NCBI GenBank assembly: GCA_943788245.1
Contig: CALSPN010000007.1
Coordinates: 47,446-111,445 of the forward strand
Reading direction: 5' to 3'
DNA length: 64,000 bases
Source: an uncultured Verrucomicrobiae bacterium
GTDB lineage: Bacteria > Verrucomicrobiota > Verrucomicrobiia > Limisphaerales > AAA164-E04
Part shown: one piece after another, positions 49,021 to 60,727 of the stretch
Layout: each line of letters opens with the position of its first letter
How positions within the stretch are numbered: the stretch's first letter is position 1
Translations under genes and position numbers: made by a program
Notes under the pieces: generated by a model
Database searches by the model: none
Told to the model about the DNA's origin: nothing
Seen by the model: the letters and a program-made list of their open reading frames with translations, nothing else

Positions 49021-50357
49021 TCATTACAAAAAAAGCATTACCTCGACGCACGTTTCTCAGAAGCGTGGGAGCTTCCATGGCACTCCCCTTGCTGGACGCC
49101 ATGATACCCGCGGCAACGGCTTCCGCAAAAACATCACTCGGCAGAACCAAACGTCTGGGTTTTATTTTCATGCCCATGGGCTGCGACCAGTCCCGATGGT
49201 TTCCGGAAAAGGAAGGTAAGCTCGAAAAGTTATCACCTATTTTGAGTTCACTGGAACCGGTCAAACATCAGATCAACGTATTGCAAAACATGGAACTGGC
49301 CAACGCCTATCCAGGTTCACATGCTACTTCCAACTCGTCCTTCCTGAGTGCAGCGAAAGCCAGACATACGGAAGGAAACGATTACTACCTGGGGACAACC
49401 GTCGACCAGGTAGCCGCCCAGCATTTTGGACATACCTCGCCATTGCCCTCCCTTGAATTGTCCATGGATTTGATGCAGACGGTCGGCCAGTGTGACAATG
49501 GTTATGCCTGCGTGTACCAGAACAACCTTTCATGGTCCACCCCTACCACCCCTTTACCCGCGGAGGCCCACCCTCGAATCGTATTCGAGGCATTGTTCGG
49601 CGACGGAGGAACGACCGCAGAGCGGAAGTCAGCGCTTCGCAGGCGTGCTAGCTTGCTGGATGCTTTCAATCACGACATCGCTCGATTGAAACGACAACTG
49701 GGGACCGAGGATCGCGTTCGCATGGATGATTACCTCGAAACCGTAAGGGAAGTGGAACGACGCATCCAGCGGGCAGAGGCAAATACGGAAGATAATCCGC
49801 TTCCGGACCTGGACCGACCGGTGGGCGTCCCCGAATCCTATGCCGAGCATGCACGATTGATGTTTGATTTGCAGTTACTCGCCTTTCAAGGAGATGTCAC
49901 TCGGGTCACCACCTTCCAGTTGGCAAGGGAAACAAGTAACCGCACTTACCCTGAAATCGGGGTACCTGATCCGCATCATCCACTGTCGCACCACGGCAAC
50001 GATCCGGAAAAAATCGCGAGAATGTCAAAAATCAACCAATTCCACGTCTCCCTCTTCGCAGAGTATGTGCAAAAGCTGCAGGATACGCCTGAGGGAGAGG
50101 GATCATTACTGGATCAAACCTTGTTGCTTTATGGAAGCGGGATAGGCAACCCCAATATTCATGACCACACCAACCTGCCAGTTCTGGTGGCGGGTGGCAG
50201 TGCAACCGGCCTGAAGGGAGGCCACCACGTGCGTTACAAAAAGCCCACTCCTTTGTCGAATCTTCACCTGACGCTGCTCGATAAAGCCGGCGTGCATCTG
50301 GATTCATTCGCTGACAGCACAGGCAAGATGGAAGAATTATTTCCATTATCAATCTGA
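49017..50357 (+). CDS. DUF1552 domain protein (Tat signal)
   Basis: LPRRTFLR...ALPLLDAM, PSLELS, GYACVY and HHPLSHH. Confidence 0.92.
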   Translation: MIITKKALPRRTFLRSVGASMALPLLDAMIPAATASAKTSLGRTKRLGFIFMPMGCDQSRWFPEKEGKLEKLSPILSSLEPVKHQINVLQNMELANAYPGSHATSNSSFLSAAKARHTEGNDYYLGTTVDQVAAQHFGHTSPLPSLELSMDLMQTVGQCDNGYACVYQNNLSWSTPTTPLPAEAHPRIVFEALFGDGGTTAERKSALRRRASLLDAFNHDIARLKRQLGTEDRVRMDDYLETVREVERRIQRAEANTEDNPLPDLDRPVGVPESYAEHARLMFDLQLLAFQGDVTRVTTFQLARETSNRTYPEIGVPDPHHPLSHHGNDPEKIARMSKINQFHVSLFAEYVQKLQDTPEGEGSLLDQTLLLYGSGIGNPNIHDHTNLPVLVAGGSATGLKGGHHVRYKKPTPLSNLHLTLLDKAGVHLDSFADSTGKMEELFPLSI

Positions 50358-51874
50358 TGAAACACCTCCTGATCGTCTTTCTGGTATCGACACTTTCCCT
50401 GCATGGGCAAAGTCCCGCTCTTGAAGCCGTCCGGCAATCCGATCACTCACAGCTGCAATCATTGATTGAAGCACAGAGGGATTTGAACGCGACAGATGCA
50501 AACGGAATGACCGCATTGCATCAGGCTGCTCTGCAGGATGATCTGAAAGGCGTGAAGATGCTGCTGGAAGGAAAAGCAAATCCATCCGTGATGACGGACT
50601 ATGGAATCACTCCATTATGGCTTGCCTGTCAAAACGGCAATGCATCTATCGTAAAGACCTTGTTGAAGGCTGGCGCTGCTGTTGATCAGATGTTCCCCGG
50701 AAAGCAATCAGCTTTGATGATGGCTGCCAGAGTGGGCAACCTGGAATCCGTTCAGGCCTTGGCCAATCAGGGTGCCGAACTGAATACCAGAGAGGGTCGA
50801 GGTCAAACCGCAATCATGTGGGCCTCTGCCGAAGGACATGCGGATGTGGTCGCGTGGCTGATCGAAGCTGGTGCGGATTTTAGATCTCCACTCAAAAGCG
50901 GGTTCACTCCCCTGTTCTTTGCCATTCGTGAAGGGCGTCACGAGGTGGTGCAAACCTTGATTGAAGCGGGCATCGATATCCATGAAGCCATGGATCCGGA
51001 ACGTCGAGCCAGTCGAGGGCCTCAATCAGGCATGACCCCTTTGTTGATGGCGGTAGAAAATGGTCATTTTGAGCTGGCCATTGAACTCGTCAAAGCAGGC
51101 GCAGACCCTGATGACTTAAGGCCTGGCTATGCAGCCTTACACGCCATCACCTGGGTGCGTAAACCCGATAGCGGTGAAGGAGTCAACGGCTTGCCACCTC
51201 CAGATGGTTCAGGGAACTTGACCTCCTTGGAGTTTGTAAAAAATATACTTTCCCTTGGAGCCGATGTGAATATTCGGATCCCAAATGGCCATGGCGGCGC
51301 AGGCAAATTCAGCAGGCAAGGGGCTACTCCATTCCTCATGGCGGCGAAAACAGCTGATCTGAACTTATTAAAATTGCTCCACCAATCCGGGGCAGATCCC
51401 AACATCTTAAACGAGGACGAAGTCACCCCCCTCATTGCTGCTGCAGGTTTAGGCACGGTCGCTGCAGGTGAAGTTGCAGGCACTGAAGAGGAAGTAATGG
51501 AAACAGTCCATTGGCTGCTGGAGGCAGGTATGGACATCAACGCCGTGAGCACAAAAGGAGAAACTGTCATGCACGCGGCTGCTTACAAGAACCTGCCCAG
51601 AGTCATTGAATTCATGGCAGGTCATGGCGCTGATATTGAAGTTTGGAATAAAGCTAATCAACATGGATGGACACCATTGCTCATCGCCGAGGGATTTCGT
51701 CCTGGCAACTTCAAACCTTCTTTCGAAACCATCGCATCAATTCATGAGGTCATGCTTGCCACCGGCATCACCCCTCCTCCCCCCACACAAGCCAAGGGCA
51801 TCAACAATACCGATTATACATCGCCTGAGCAAAAAAAGGCCGACGCCGAGCTGTGGAAAAAGGACAATCAGTAG
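50357..51874 (+). CDS. Exported ankyrin-repeat protein
   Basis: Multiple G-T-P/A-L-x-x-A repeats; overlaps the DUF1552 stop codon. Confidence 0.92.
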   Translation: MKHLLIVFLVSTLSLHGQSPALEAVRQSDHSQLQSLIEAQRDLNATDANGMTALHQAALQDDLKGVKMLLEGKANPSVMTDYGITPLWLACQNGNASIVKTLLKAGAAVDQMFPGKQSALMMAARVGNLESVQALANQGAELNTREGRGQTAIMWASAEGHADVVAWLIEAGADFRSPLKSGFTPLFFAIREGRHEVVQTLIEAGIDIHEAMDPERRASRGPQSGMTPLLMAVENGHFELAIELVKAGADPDDLRPGYAALHAITWVRKPDSGEGVNGLPPPDGSGNLTSLEFVKNILSLGADVNIRIPNGHGGAGKFSRQGATPFLMAAKTADLNLLKLLHQSGADPNILNEDEVTPLIAAAGLGTVAAGEVAGTEEEVMETVHWLLEAGMDINAVSTKGETVMHAAAYKNLPRVIEFMAGHGADIEVWNKANQHGWTPLLIAEGFRPGNFKPSFETIASIHEVMLATGITPPPPTQAKGINNTDYTSPEQKKADAELWKKDNQ

Positions 51875-52050
51875 AATACCTCTTCCGAGTCGAACATTGA
51901 TTCACCATGAAACCAAGTTCTTTGGTGATGCACCCATACTCAGCAAGGGGGAGAAGATGTCGATTCAAGTTGTTATTGTCACGCTGACAGACAATCAAGC
52001 ATCCAGCACTTGAAGGTTGTGGTTCCGGAAGAGAACATATCTCCGGATCA

Positions 52051-53844
52051 TCACTTTGGAATGCTTGAATCCAGCATGAGGGCGCGGACGTATTTTATAG
52101 CTATGGAACCGAAGGATAATAACTGATCATGGTATTCCTTCAGCACGAAATGACCATCCCACTCGGCTTCCACTTCGGAGCGAAGATCCACATGTTCCAG
52201 ATAACCGACGAAATAGGTAGATAATTGAGCTGAGGTCAATTGAGCTCTTCGCCATTTCCCATCCGCTTCACGCTCCTCTTGAAACGCATCTTCCATCATC
52301 AAGCGCATCGCCTCTTGCTTTTCGATTCCGTCAACGTGTATTGCCTGGTCAAGTAAGGCATTGGTCACATCTCTCAAGTACCATTTCAAAACGACCAAGC
52401 GCATCAAGGGATCATCCTTGAGGAAACCTTCCTCACACATCATCCACTCACTGTAAACTGCCCACCCTTCTACGAAGGTACCCGACCCCAGAACCGATCG
52501 AATCCTGCGGGGGCTTCGATTGGCATGGGCGAGTTGAACGAAATGACCAGGCATGGCTTCATGGATCGTGAGATTATGCAACGACCGGCGATTGTACTCA
52601 CGCAGATGAGAGGCAACCTGTTCTTCTGTCCAGGAAGCCGGTGGAGGAGAAACGGCATAAAAGGTCTTCAACCCTTTTTCTAAAGGACCAGGGGAATCAC
52701 AATAGGCGAGTGAAACTCCGCGACGGAATTCCGGCATGACAATAATTTCCATGGGATCCTCGGGCAACGTGACAATGTCATTTTCACTCAGGAATTGACG
52801 GGTCAATCGAACAGATTCATTGGCGGCAGCCACCACGCCTTCGGCGCTTGGCCTGTCCTGACAGGCTAACTCAAGGCAGGCTCGTATGATTGATTTTTTA
52901 TAAGCCCGTGACGGTCGCCTTGGAAACTGTGTATAGGGAAAACGCTTTAGATACACGTTTCTGGCAATATCGAACATACGATCATGCAATGCACGTATTT
53001 GCTTTTTACCCCGCTCCTTGATCTGTTGCCGTGTCAAAGGAGACTGCAGCGTTTGCTCAAGTTTTTGATCATATAAGGTCGCCCCCAGTCGATAGTTCCC
53101 TGCCGCCCTTGGTAACAAGTGATTCTCCAGCCATTGTTGATGTTCCTCAACCGCCTGACGAGCCACCTCAATGGCCCCGGTGAGATCTCCCCTGTCCTTT
53201 GGCTTCAATGCTGAGCGGTGTGGTTGAATGGTGTTTTTGATGATGGCTAATATACCGCGGTTCTGTCCAATAGCGGTTTCAGCATGAGCACGCGGCACGC
53301 GAGAAGGGATGAGTACAGACCGGGCCTGCTTCAAGAGCGCAGGCAGTTGCAACAGTCTGGAGGTGGCGGAACGAAGCCGATCCGGTAAAGGCGCAAACTC
53401 CCGCGCCATCAGACCGTAAACAGCATCCCCTGCCAGTCCCGAATAACGCAGCGGATTCCAAGCCCATTCCTGCAAGATGTCATGACGCCATACAGACGTC
53501 TTTAAATGATGCCGCAGTATCGCAAGATCAACTTGCTCCGCTCTCGAAAGTCTCCCTCTGGAAAGAATCTCGATTCGCTGTAAAAGATCCAATTGCAACT
53601 GCCGTCTTCGCTCGCGGCCTTGCTCACTGACATCATCTATGGATGCGTCATACCGATGATCTCCAATGCCCGTTGCCCAGACGGGTGAAAGCCGGGCCGA
53701 TTCGTCGAAGTAATCATTGACGAGCGCTTCAAAACCATCACCGTCACCAGTCACCACATTTCGATCTTTTGAGATTTCGTCCAGAGCAAAAAGGCAATGA
53801 CAGCACCAGAGCAAGGAGAGGCCTGAAATTTTCAACAATGACAT
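52051..53844 (-). CDS. DUF885 family protein
   Basis: HEAMPGHFVQ, FVEGWAVYSE and QLSTYFVG. Confidence 0.9.
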   Translation of the reverse strand: MSLLKISGLSLLWCCHCLFALDEISKDRNVVTGDGDGFEALVNDYFDESARLSPVWATGIGDHRYDASIDDVSEQGRERRRQLQLDLLQRIEILSRGRLSRAEQVDLAILRHHLKTSVWRHDILQEWAWNPLRYSGLAGDAVYGLMAREFAPLPDRLRSATSRLLQLPALLKQARSVLIPSRVPRAHAETAIGQNRGILAIIKNTIQPHRSALKPKDRGDLTGAIEVARQAVEEHQQWLENHLLPRAAGNYRLGATLYDQKLEQTLQSPLTRQQIKERGKKQIRALHDRMFDIARNVYLKRFPYTQFPRRPSRAYKKSIIRACLELACQDRPSAEGVVAAANESVRLTRQFLSENDIVTLPEDPMEIIVMPEFRRGVSLAYCDSPGPLEKGLKTFYAVSPPPASWTEEQVASHLREYNRRSLHNLTIHEAMPGHFVQLAHANRSPRRIRSVLGSGTFVEGWAVYSEWMMCEEGFLKDDPLMRLVVLKWYLRDVTNALLDQAIHVDGIEKQEAMRLMMEDAFQEEREADGKWRRAQLTSAQLSTYFVGYLEHVDLRSEVEAEWDGHFVLKEYHDQLLSFGSIAIKYVRALMLDSSIPK

Positions 53845-53920
53845 ATTGAAAGGTTAGAATGAGAGTGCTCTGCGAACAAGCTAAAGACCCTGAACAGGAA
53901 AACACCCATCAATACAAAGC

Positions 53921-55129
53921 TTAATTCAACAGGAGATGGAACACCCGCAGCGCCGTTCCGTTCCCATCCGGATGGTGCTCTTCGGCAATACGTATCCTGA
54001 CATGATGCGGACCGTTCTCCAGCCCATCGTCGAGTATCACAGCCCAGGGGAGGTGGAGACTTCGACTCCAGCGTGTGAATGTCTCCAATGGACGAAATCC
54101 GGCGTTGTCGATATTGAATTCAACGCGCCCGGCATCGGGACCTGAGGTAATGAACAACCCTACCCCAGTGCCATTGAAATCAAATTCAAAACTGGCTCCC
54201 GATTGTGTGGAAACAAGGGCAGGAACATGAACAAAGCCAGATCGAGTACCTTTCTTATCAATAGGCTTCCATGCCGGGTTCCATTTAAAATCTTTGAGAT
54301 GATGCACGCTCGAAATACTCCCTAAACGCCCATTGACATAGCTTTTTCTATCTACAATGTCTGGTAGTGCATGCGGTTTTACCGCACTGGACAAAGGCTT
54401 TTGAAAGGCGGTATTGAACATACGAGCGATGCTGTTGGCATAAAGCCGATGGCCAAAGGGAGATGGATGCAGGTTTTTGAAATCTTCATTCCAAGTGAAT
54501 TCACCCGCCTGAATGCGGTCAGTGACCTCCAGAGATAGGTTCAATGTCGGGTTGCCATAAGCCGAGGCAACCTTTTCATGCTGCTCGATTGAGTCAGGGG
54601 TCTTGCCTTTCTTGTAATCGACCATGTGCGCGGGCATGACAAAATGAAGATGTACGATATCGATCAATGGATTGATCGAGCGTGCGTGCCTTACGACACC
54701 CTCCATACCGCGCAACATATGCAATATCTCCGAGGTGTTTGAAGTATCGTTGACTGCCGCCTCTACAAACAATAAGTCCACAGGCCCTTTCAGGAAGACG
54801 TCACGCTCCAGGCGAAATGCGTGTGGGACGGATCCCATCGAACTGATTCCGGCTCCGATGAACTCAAATTCAGTCTCGGGAAACCGTTCCCGAAAATAGT
54901 TCATTGTATGATCACGCCAACCACCGCCGGCGGTAATCGATCCTCCAAGAAAAGCAATGCGACCCGTTTTCTTTCGCTCAAATTGAAAGTGGCAGTTCTG
55001 CAGTCCATCACGAAGATCAAAATATTCACGTCCCAATGGAAGCACATCAGGCTCATAACGGTTGGAAGCGCTGACTTGAATTACCAACAAAAGCCAGACC
55101 ACCGTGGAAAAGTCCATCATCTTTATCAT
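53921..55129 (-). CDS. SGNH/GDSL hydrolase with C-terminal beta-sandwich
   Basis: AFLGGSIT, VEAAVND and LHPSPFGH. Confidence 0.85.
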   Translation of the reverse strand: MIKMMDFSTVVWLLLVIQVSASNRYEPDVLPLGREYFDLRDGLQNCHFQFERKKTGRIAFLGGSITAGGGWRDHTMNYFRERFPETEFEFIGAGISSMGSVPHAFRLERDVFLKGPVDLLFVEAAVNDTSNTSEILHMLRGMEGVVRHARSINPLIDIVHLHFVMPAHMVDYKKGKTPDSIEQHEKVASAYGNPTLNLSLEVTDRIQAGEFTWNEDFKNLHPSPFGHRLYANSIARMFNTAFQKPLSSAVKPHALPDIVDRKSYVNGRLGSISSVHHLKDFKWNPAWKPIDKKGTRSGFVHVPALVSTQSGASFEFDFNGTGVGLFITSGPDAGRVEFNIDNAGFRPLETFTRWSRSLHLPWAVILDDGLENGPHHVRIRIAEEHHPDGNGTALRVFHLLLN

Positions 55130-55261
55130 GGTTGAAATCGAGATACTAACCCTTGCAATTTAACGATTCAAGGAACCATGTATGGACAGTTTTGTGGTAA
55201 TGAAAACAAAATGCGCTTAACAGCAATCGGCAAGCGCATTATTGTTGAGGACACCATGATC

Positions 55262-57478
55262 ATGAAAACCCATCCAATCGCCTCCATCATCATTGTCGCA
55301 GTGATTTTCCTCGGGCACAGCTCCCACCATGCCGCAGATCTCGGTGATCTTTCACCACTCACTTCCTGGGATAAGGTCGCACGCGGTGTGTGGCGAGCTG
55401 AAATGGGCGATCTGGAGAATGAAATCCGCTATTCGGATCTCGCAGCCGCTCCCCCAAGACTCAAAGCATTGAATACCCTCTCCAATGCTGCGTTTCCATT
55501 TACCTCAAAGAACATTTCGTTTCATCTGGACTCAAGCGAAAAGGTAATGGTCCGGATCCCGACCGATGAAGATGAAACTCTTTATGGATTCGGACTTCAA
55601 CTCGATGGCATCAAGCATTCGCGCAAGGTCATGACCCTCAACGTGGATCACTGGAGCAAAGGCGGCGGCCGGACGCATGCACCCGTGCCTTTTTACATTT
55701 CCAGCAAAGGTTACGGAGTGTTCTTCAATACAGCTAGATTCCTGAAAATTTACAATCAAGTGGGCAATCGAAAAGATTCCCTGCGTAATCCGCCGGAGGT
55801 AGATCGAAATCCTCCGTCCGACGAACCTCAGCAGGGACCATGGTTGGCTCAACCACCGGGGGATGCCGTGGAGGCTCAGGTAAACAGTCCGGGACTTGAG
55901 TTGATTGTCTTTTCCGGCAACTCAATATTGGAAGTCGTTGCAGCGGTATAACCTGTTCCATGGCGGCGGGGCCCTTCCCCCTCTCTGGGGGACTGGGGTT
56001 CTGGCATCGCGTACATGCAACTTTCAACGCGGATCAGGTGAAAGAGGAACTGAAGGACTTTGAGGAACGCAACTTTCCCATCGATGTTGTCGGGCTGGAG
56101 CCTGGATGGATGACAAAATCTTATCCTTGCACCTTCGAATGGCAAAAAAAACGCTTTCCTGATCCCGCAAAATTTACACGCGAATTGCTGGACAAGGGGA
56201 TCCGTTTGAACCTGTGGGAGAACCCTTATATTTCCAAGAGCAGCCGTCTCTACGAATCCATGTATCCACTTTCAGGCTCCCATCTGGTTTGGCTTGGGCT
56301 GGTGCCTGACTACACCCTTCCCAAGGCACGGCGCCTGTTGACCGATCAACATCATGAAGATCATATCAGCATTGGTGTCAGCGGTTACAAAATTGATGAA
56401 GTGGATGGTTACGATTTCTGGCTCTGGCCGGATCATGCAACCTTCCCTTCGGGCGTTTCCGGTGAAGCGATGCGACAATCGTATGGGTTACTCATGCAGA
56501 ACATGCTCTATGCGGATCTCTTCAAAAAACGCAATGTACGCACATACGGATTGGTGAGAGCTGGTAATGGCGCTGCATCGGGGTATCCATTCGTCATCTA
56601 CAGCGACGCCTACAACCACCGTGAATATCTGACAGGGATTTCAACTTCGAGTCTCTGCGGAATATTATGGACCCCTGAGGCCCGCTCGGCTCGAAGTGAT
56701 CGCGAATGGTTGAACCGAATGCAAACCGCCTGTTTCTCTGCCATGGCACAATTAAACGCTTGGTCATCGGGCAAAAAACCATGGAGTTACGAAAAGGTGG
56801 CGGATGCGGTCAGAGATGTCATTCAGCTTCGCATGCGCTTGCTACCCTACCTTTACACCGCTTTTGCCGATTACCATTTCAGAGGCATCCCACCGGTCCG
56901 AGCCATGATATTGGAAGATGGATTTGCAGGTGGAAATGAGACAGTAATTGAAGGTAAACTCGATGGTGAAATGAATCCTTACGCGATGGATCGCCGCGTC
57001 GAGAAGACGGATCAGTATATGTTCGGTCCTTCCATTTTGGTTGCACCGTTTTATGAAAACCAGGCGACCAGACGTGAAGTTCAGCTACCTCATGGGAATT
57101 GGTATCATTTTTACTCGGGTAATTTCGCGGGCAATGGTGAGACTATTTCAGTGACTGCCGCTGAACTTGGTGATCGTATCCCGCTTGTTTGTCAAAGATG
57201 GCGCAGTGATCCCGATGCTGAGCGATTCCGTCAACCAGGTCAAGCGTGCCATTGGTCATCCACTGGAGGTGCGATGGTATGGCACTGAACCAGGGGTAGG
57301 TGACCTCTATGAAGACGATGGACAGACTTTTAAATACGAAGAAGGAGCATCCCGCAGGCGCCAATTCAAAGTCTCCCAGGCGAACGATGGCCAATTGAAT
57401 CTGGAGGAAACAGTAACCAATCAAAACCAGAAAGCCATGTTTGGCGTCCTTGAAAGGTTTGTCGTCATGACGAAGTAA
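55262..57478 (+). CDS. Glycoside hydrolase family 31, split by three apparent +1 insertions (about 55939, 55990 and 57186)
   Basis: PVPFYISSKGYGVF, GYKIDEVD nucleophile region, RMRLLPYLY and QYMFGPSILVAP; repair gives EVVQRYNLFHGGGALPPLWGLGFWHR and RIPLFVKDGAVIPM. Confidence 0.88.
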
Positions 57479-57526
57479 TACCACCAGGCCAACAGGGCCG
57501 GCTCATGAGATGGAGACCTGTGTCCA

Positions 57527-58358
57527 TCACCCTTGATAGACCAAAAGGATGAGATAATCACAAGAGAGGTATATACACCAGTTCAGCAACAAGATCACCA
57601 GAGGTGCAAAATCAATACGGGCCCATTGGAAAGGCAGACGGGACAGATGGCGACAACAATTTCCCTGCTACCTCATCAACCCAGTCCCAGCCTTCCCAAT
57701 TGCCCAAGTGCACGTAACTGTGGATGAGGTAAAGCAACATCAAGAGGATGATGAGGTAGTAAAGGCCAAGCCAGGCGCTGATGGAAATACAAAGGGCTTG
57801 CCATAACAAATGTGGAACATCGCTGACCGCTGGCAGTATGCCCTGCCAGCCAAAAACAATAGCAAGAAAAACCCACCCTATGAAACCGAAGGTGAGAAGA
57901 AGCAAAACCTGTATCAGCCAGTGCCTGCTTTGAAGGAATCCCAGTGAAGCCCCCAGACCGTTCACGATATTTTCGGCACCGTTTCTGGGGCTGAGGCGTG
58001 ATAAAAACCAGAGCCAGATATAGGCAATCATTGCAAATTTCAGAAAACTGGCCACTGCCATCCAAAACATCGAACTCAAGCTCGCTGTCTTGAAATAAAC
58101 CACCAGCAACATGAAATTCATTGATAGGGTCGGATCAATGGGAGCTCCCAGGTAATGCAGCAGCAGGACTTTGACCAGCAAAATCAAAAGGAAGCCACCG
58201 AAATATATCCATGCGCTTCCGATGCGACGCGACGGCCCCACCAAAGTTCCCAACAGGGTCAATGGGCGCTGGATCTCGGTCGGGTTGTGGAGTTGCATCC
58301 ACCCGTTCACCCATAGTATCCAAGCTGCTATATTGAGAATGAAGTCAATGATCTGCAT
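57527..58358 (-). CDS. YggT-like integral membrane protein, apparent +1 frameshift at about 57648
   Basis: Polytopic ORF; the shifted frame continues LSRLPFQWARIDFAPLVILLL..., matching the YggT D-x-S/A-P motif, to a TGA at 57527-57529. Confidence 0.65.
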
Positions 58359-58420
58359 CCGATAAACGGTGTAACAGATTCCATTTGATTTGGGAATGAC
58401 GGATCAATGGTTAATTTGAA

Positions 58421-58455
58421 CAAAAAGGGCCACCAGAAATCAATCCGGTGGCCCT
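58421..58455 (-). terminator. Rho-independent terminator after sucD
   Basis: Minus strand AGGGCCACCGGA-TTGATT-TCTGGTGGCCCT-TTTTG: GC-rich stem plus U tract, about 30 bp past the sucD stop. Confidence 0.8.
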
Positions 58456-58485
58456 GAAATACAAGGATGTGAAATGCGATAGCGA

Positions 58486-59376
58486 TTACATCACCTTGAG
58501 CAGGACGTCGGCCATTTCTGAGGGTGTTTGAGCTACTTGAATTCCGGCTTCGCGGAAGGCTTCAATTTTTGCTTCTGCCGTCCCTTTCCCACCACTGACA
58601 ATTGCTCCAGCGTGGCCCATGCGTCGCCCGGGAGGTGCCGTAGTTCCCGCAATGAATCCTGCTACTGGCTTTTTGCAATTGTCACGGATCCAAGCAGCCG
58701 CTTCTTCCTCAGCTGAACCACCGATTTCACCGATCATAATGATACCGTGTGTGTCAGGGTCATCGTTGAACATCTTGATCACATCAAGATGTGAAGTACC
58801 ATTGACCGGATCTCCTCCGATACCCACGCAAGTCGATTGCCCCACTCCCCGACAAGTCAATTGCCAGACGGCTTCGTAAGTTAAAGTTCCACTGCGAGAA
58901 ACAACGCCGATATTACCTTTTTTATGGATATACCCCGGCGCGATGCCAATGCGACATCCTCCAGAAGACTGTTCACCTTCACCCGGAGTGACAATGCCTG
59001 GACAGTTGGGGCCTATCAGTCGGGTTTTACTTCCCTCCAGTGCACGTTTCACCTTCACCATGTCATTAACAGGTATTCCTTCGGTGATGCAGACCACAAG
59101 ATCAAGTCCCGCGTCCACACCCTCAAGAATGGCATCAGCGGCGAATGGCGGTGGAACAAAAACCGCAGAAGTTGTTGTTCCTGTTTCAGCTACCGCTTGA
59201 GCAACCGTATCAAACACAGGGACTTTGTCTTCGAAGGTTTGTCCGCCTTTACCAGGGGTCACCCCAGCCACGATTTGCGAGCCGTATTCCAGACTCAATT
59301 GTGCGTGCCGTCCACCAAACGAACCTGTAATACCTTGGACTAAAACCTTTGTTTCGGGAGTGACTAAAATTGCCAT
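58486..59376 (-). CDS. sucD: Succinate--CoA ligase alpha subunit
   Basis: [21 protein letters not shown] and RMGHAGAI. Confidence 0.97.
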   Translation of the reverse strand: MAILVTPETKVLVQGITGSFGGRHAQLSLEYGSQIVAGVTPGKGGQTFEDKVPVFDTVAQAVAETGTTTSAVFVPPPFAADAILEGVDAGLDLVVCITEGIPVNDMVKVKRALEGSKTRLIGPNCPGIVTPGEGEQSSGGCRIGIAPGYIHKKGNIGVVSRSGTLTYEAVWQLTCRGVGQSTCVGIGGDPVNGTSHLDVIKMFNDDPDTHGIIMIGEIGGSAEEEAAAWIRDNCKKPVAGFIAGTTAPPGRRMGHAGAIVSGGKGTAEAKIEAFREAGIQVAQTPSEMADVLLKVM

Positions 59377-59428
59377 ATTCGATTCTTGTTTTGAAATTTT
59401 TTGTGAAGAGGATACGTATAGCTTGGTT

Positions 59429-60628
59429 TCAGACAACAGCCACAATTTTCTTAGCTGCATCAGCCATCGAGTCTCCACTGATTAGCTCCAGTCCAGATTC
59501 ATTGAGAATTTTTTTACCAATCTCAACATTGTTACCTTCCAGACGCACAACAAGTGGAATCGATAAATTGGTTTCCTTGGCGGCAGATACCACACCCTCG
59601 GCGATCACATCGCACTGCATGATCCCCCCAAAGATATTGACCAAGATACCTTTCACATTCGGATCACTCAGGATGATTTTGAATGCGGCAGTGACCTGTT
59701 CACGCGAAGCTCCGCCGCCTACATCGAGGAAATTAGCTGGGTCCCCACCGTAATGCTTGATAATGTCCATCGTCGCCATGGCCAAACCTGCACCATTGAC
59801 AAGACAAGCTATATTGCCGTCGAGTTTAATATAGTTGAGATCAAATTTACCTGCTTCGATTTCAAGAGGCGCCTCCTCAGCAAGATCCCGCATTTCCAAA
59901 ATGTCCTTGTGCCGATACAGCGCGTTGTCATCGAGAGAGATTTTTGCATCGACCGCAGCAATCCCCTGAGTCTCATCCACATTTTCAACAATACAAAGTG
60001 GATTGATTTCGACCATAGACGCGTCACAACTCCAAAAAGTTTTGTAGACACCCATGAGCAGCTTGGTCGCTTGCCCTATGAGGGACGAAGGAAGATTCAA
60101 TGCAGCAGCTATTTTACGGGCTTGATAAGGCATCATCCCCATCGCGGGGTCTATCGTTTCCTTGACAATCTTTTCGGGCGATTTCTCGGCGACCTCCTCG
60201 ATATCCATCCCCCCCTCGGTGCTGGCCATGACAATGGGCTTGGAGGTGTTGCGATCAAGTAAAACAGCAAGATACAGTTCTTTTACAATTTTTTCAGCGC
60301 TAGCTACCAGCAGAGTTTTCACCTCGCGCCCCTCAGGACCTGTTTGTTTGGTAACCAATACTTCGCCTAGCATGGCTTTTGCCGTCTCAACCGTCTCGTC
60401 CACGCTCTTGCAAAGATGCACTCCGCCTTGAAAGCCACTCTTGAAGGTCCCCTTGCCTCGTCCACCTGCATGGATCTGAGATTTGATCACTAGCATGCTC
60501 TGCCCGGCGTCAAAAAGAGCTTGTGCAGCAGTTTGAGCTTCTTCGATGCTTTTGCAGGCCTTGCCTGAAGGGACGTTTACGCCGTTGCGTGCTAATAATT
60601 CTTTGGCTTGGTATTCGTGAATATTCAT
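59429..60628 (-). CDS. sucC: Succinate--CoA ligase beta subunit
   Basis: [32 protein letters not shown] and NIFGGI. Confidence 0.97.
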   Translation of the reverse strand: MNIHEYQAKELLARNGVNVPSGKACKSIEEAQTAAQALFDAGQSMLVIKSQIHAGGRGKGTFKSGFQGGVHLCKSVDETVETAKAMLGEVLVTKQTGPEGREVKTLLVASAEKIVKELYLAVLLDRNTSKPIVMASTEGGMDIEEVAEKSPEKIVKETIDPAMGMMPYQARKIAAALNLPSSLIGQATKLLMGVYKTFWSCDASMVEINPLCIVENVDETQGIAAVDAKISLDDNALYRHKDILEMRDLAEEAPLEIEAGKFDLNYIKLDGNIACLVNGAGLAMATMDIIKHYGGDPANFLDVGGGASREQVTAAFKIILSDPNVKGILVNIFGGIMQCDVIAEGVVSAAKETNLSIPLVVRLEGNNVEIGKKILNESGLELISGDSMADAAKKIVAVV

Positions 60629-60727
60629 GAAATCGATCGCTTAAAAAGCAGGGTAAAATAACATTGGAGGAGGCAACTCAATGGCAATTATAAGGCAGAG
60701 GGTTTTGGAAAAGCCCTGCGTTGCGGC

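Noticed and set aside
59377-59478. N-terminal extension of sucD
   Set aside because: Overlaps sucC; the conserved start is MAILV at 59376.
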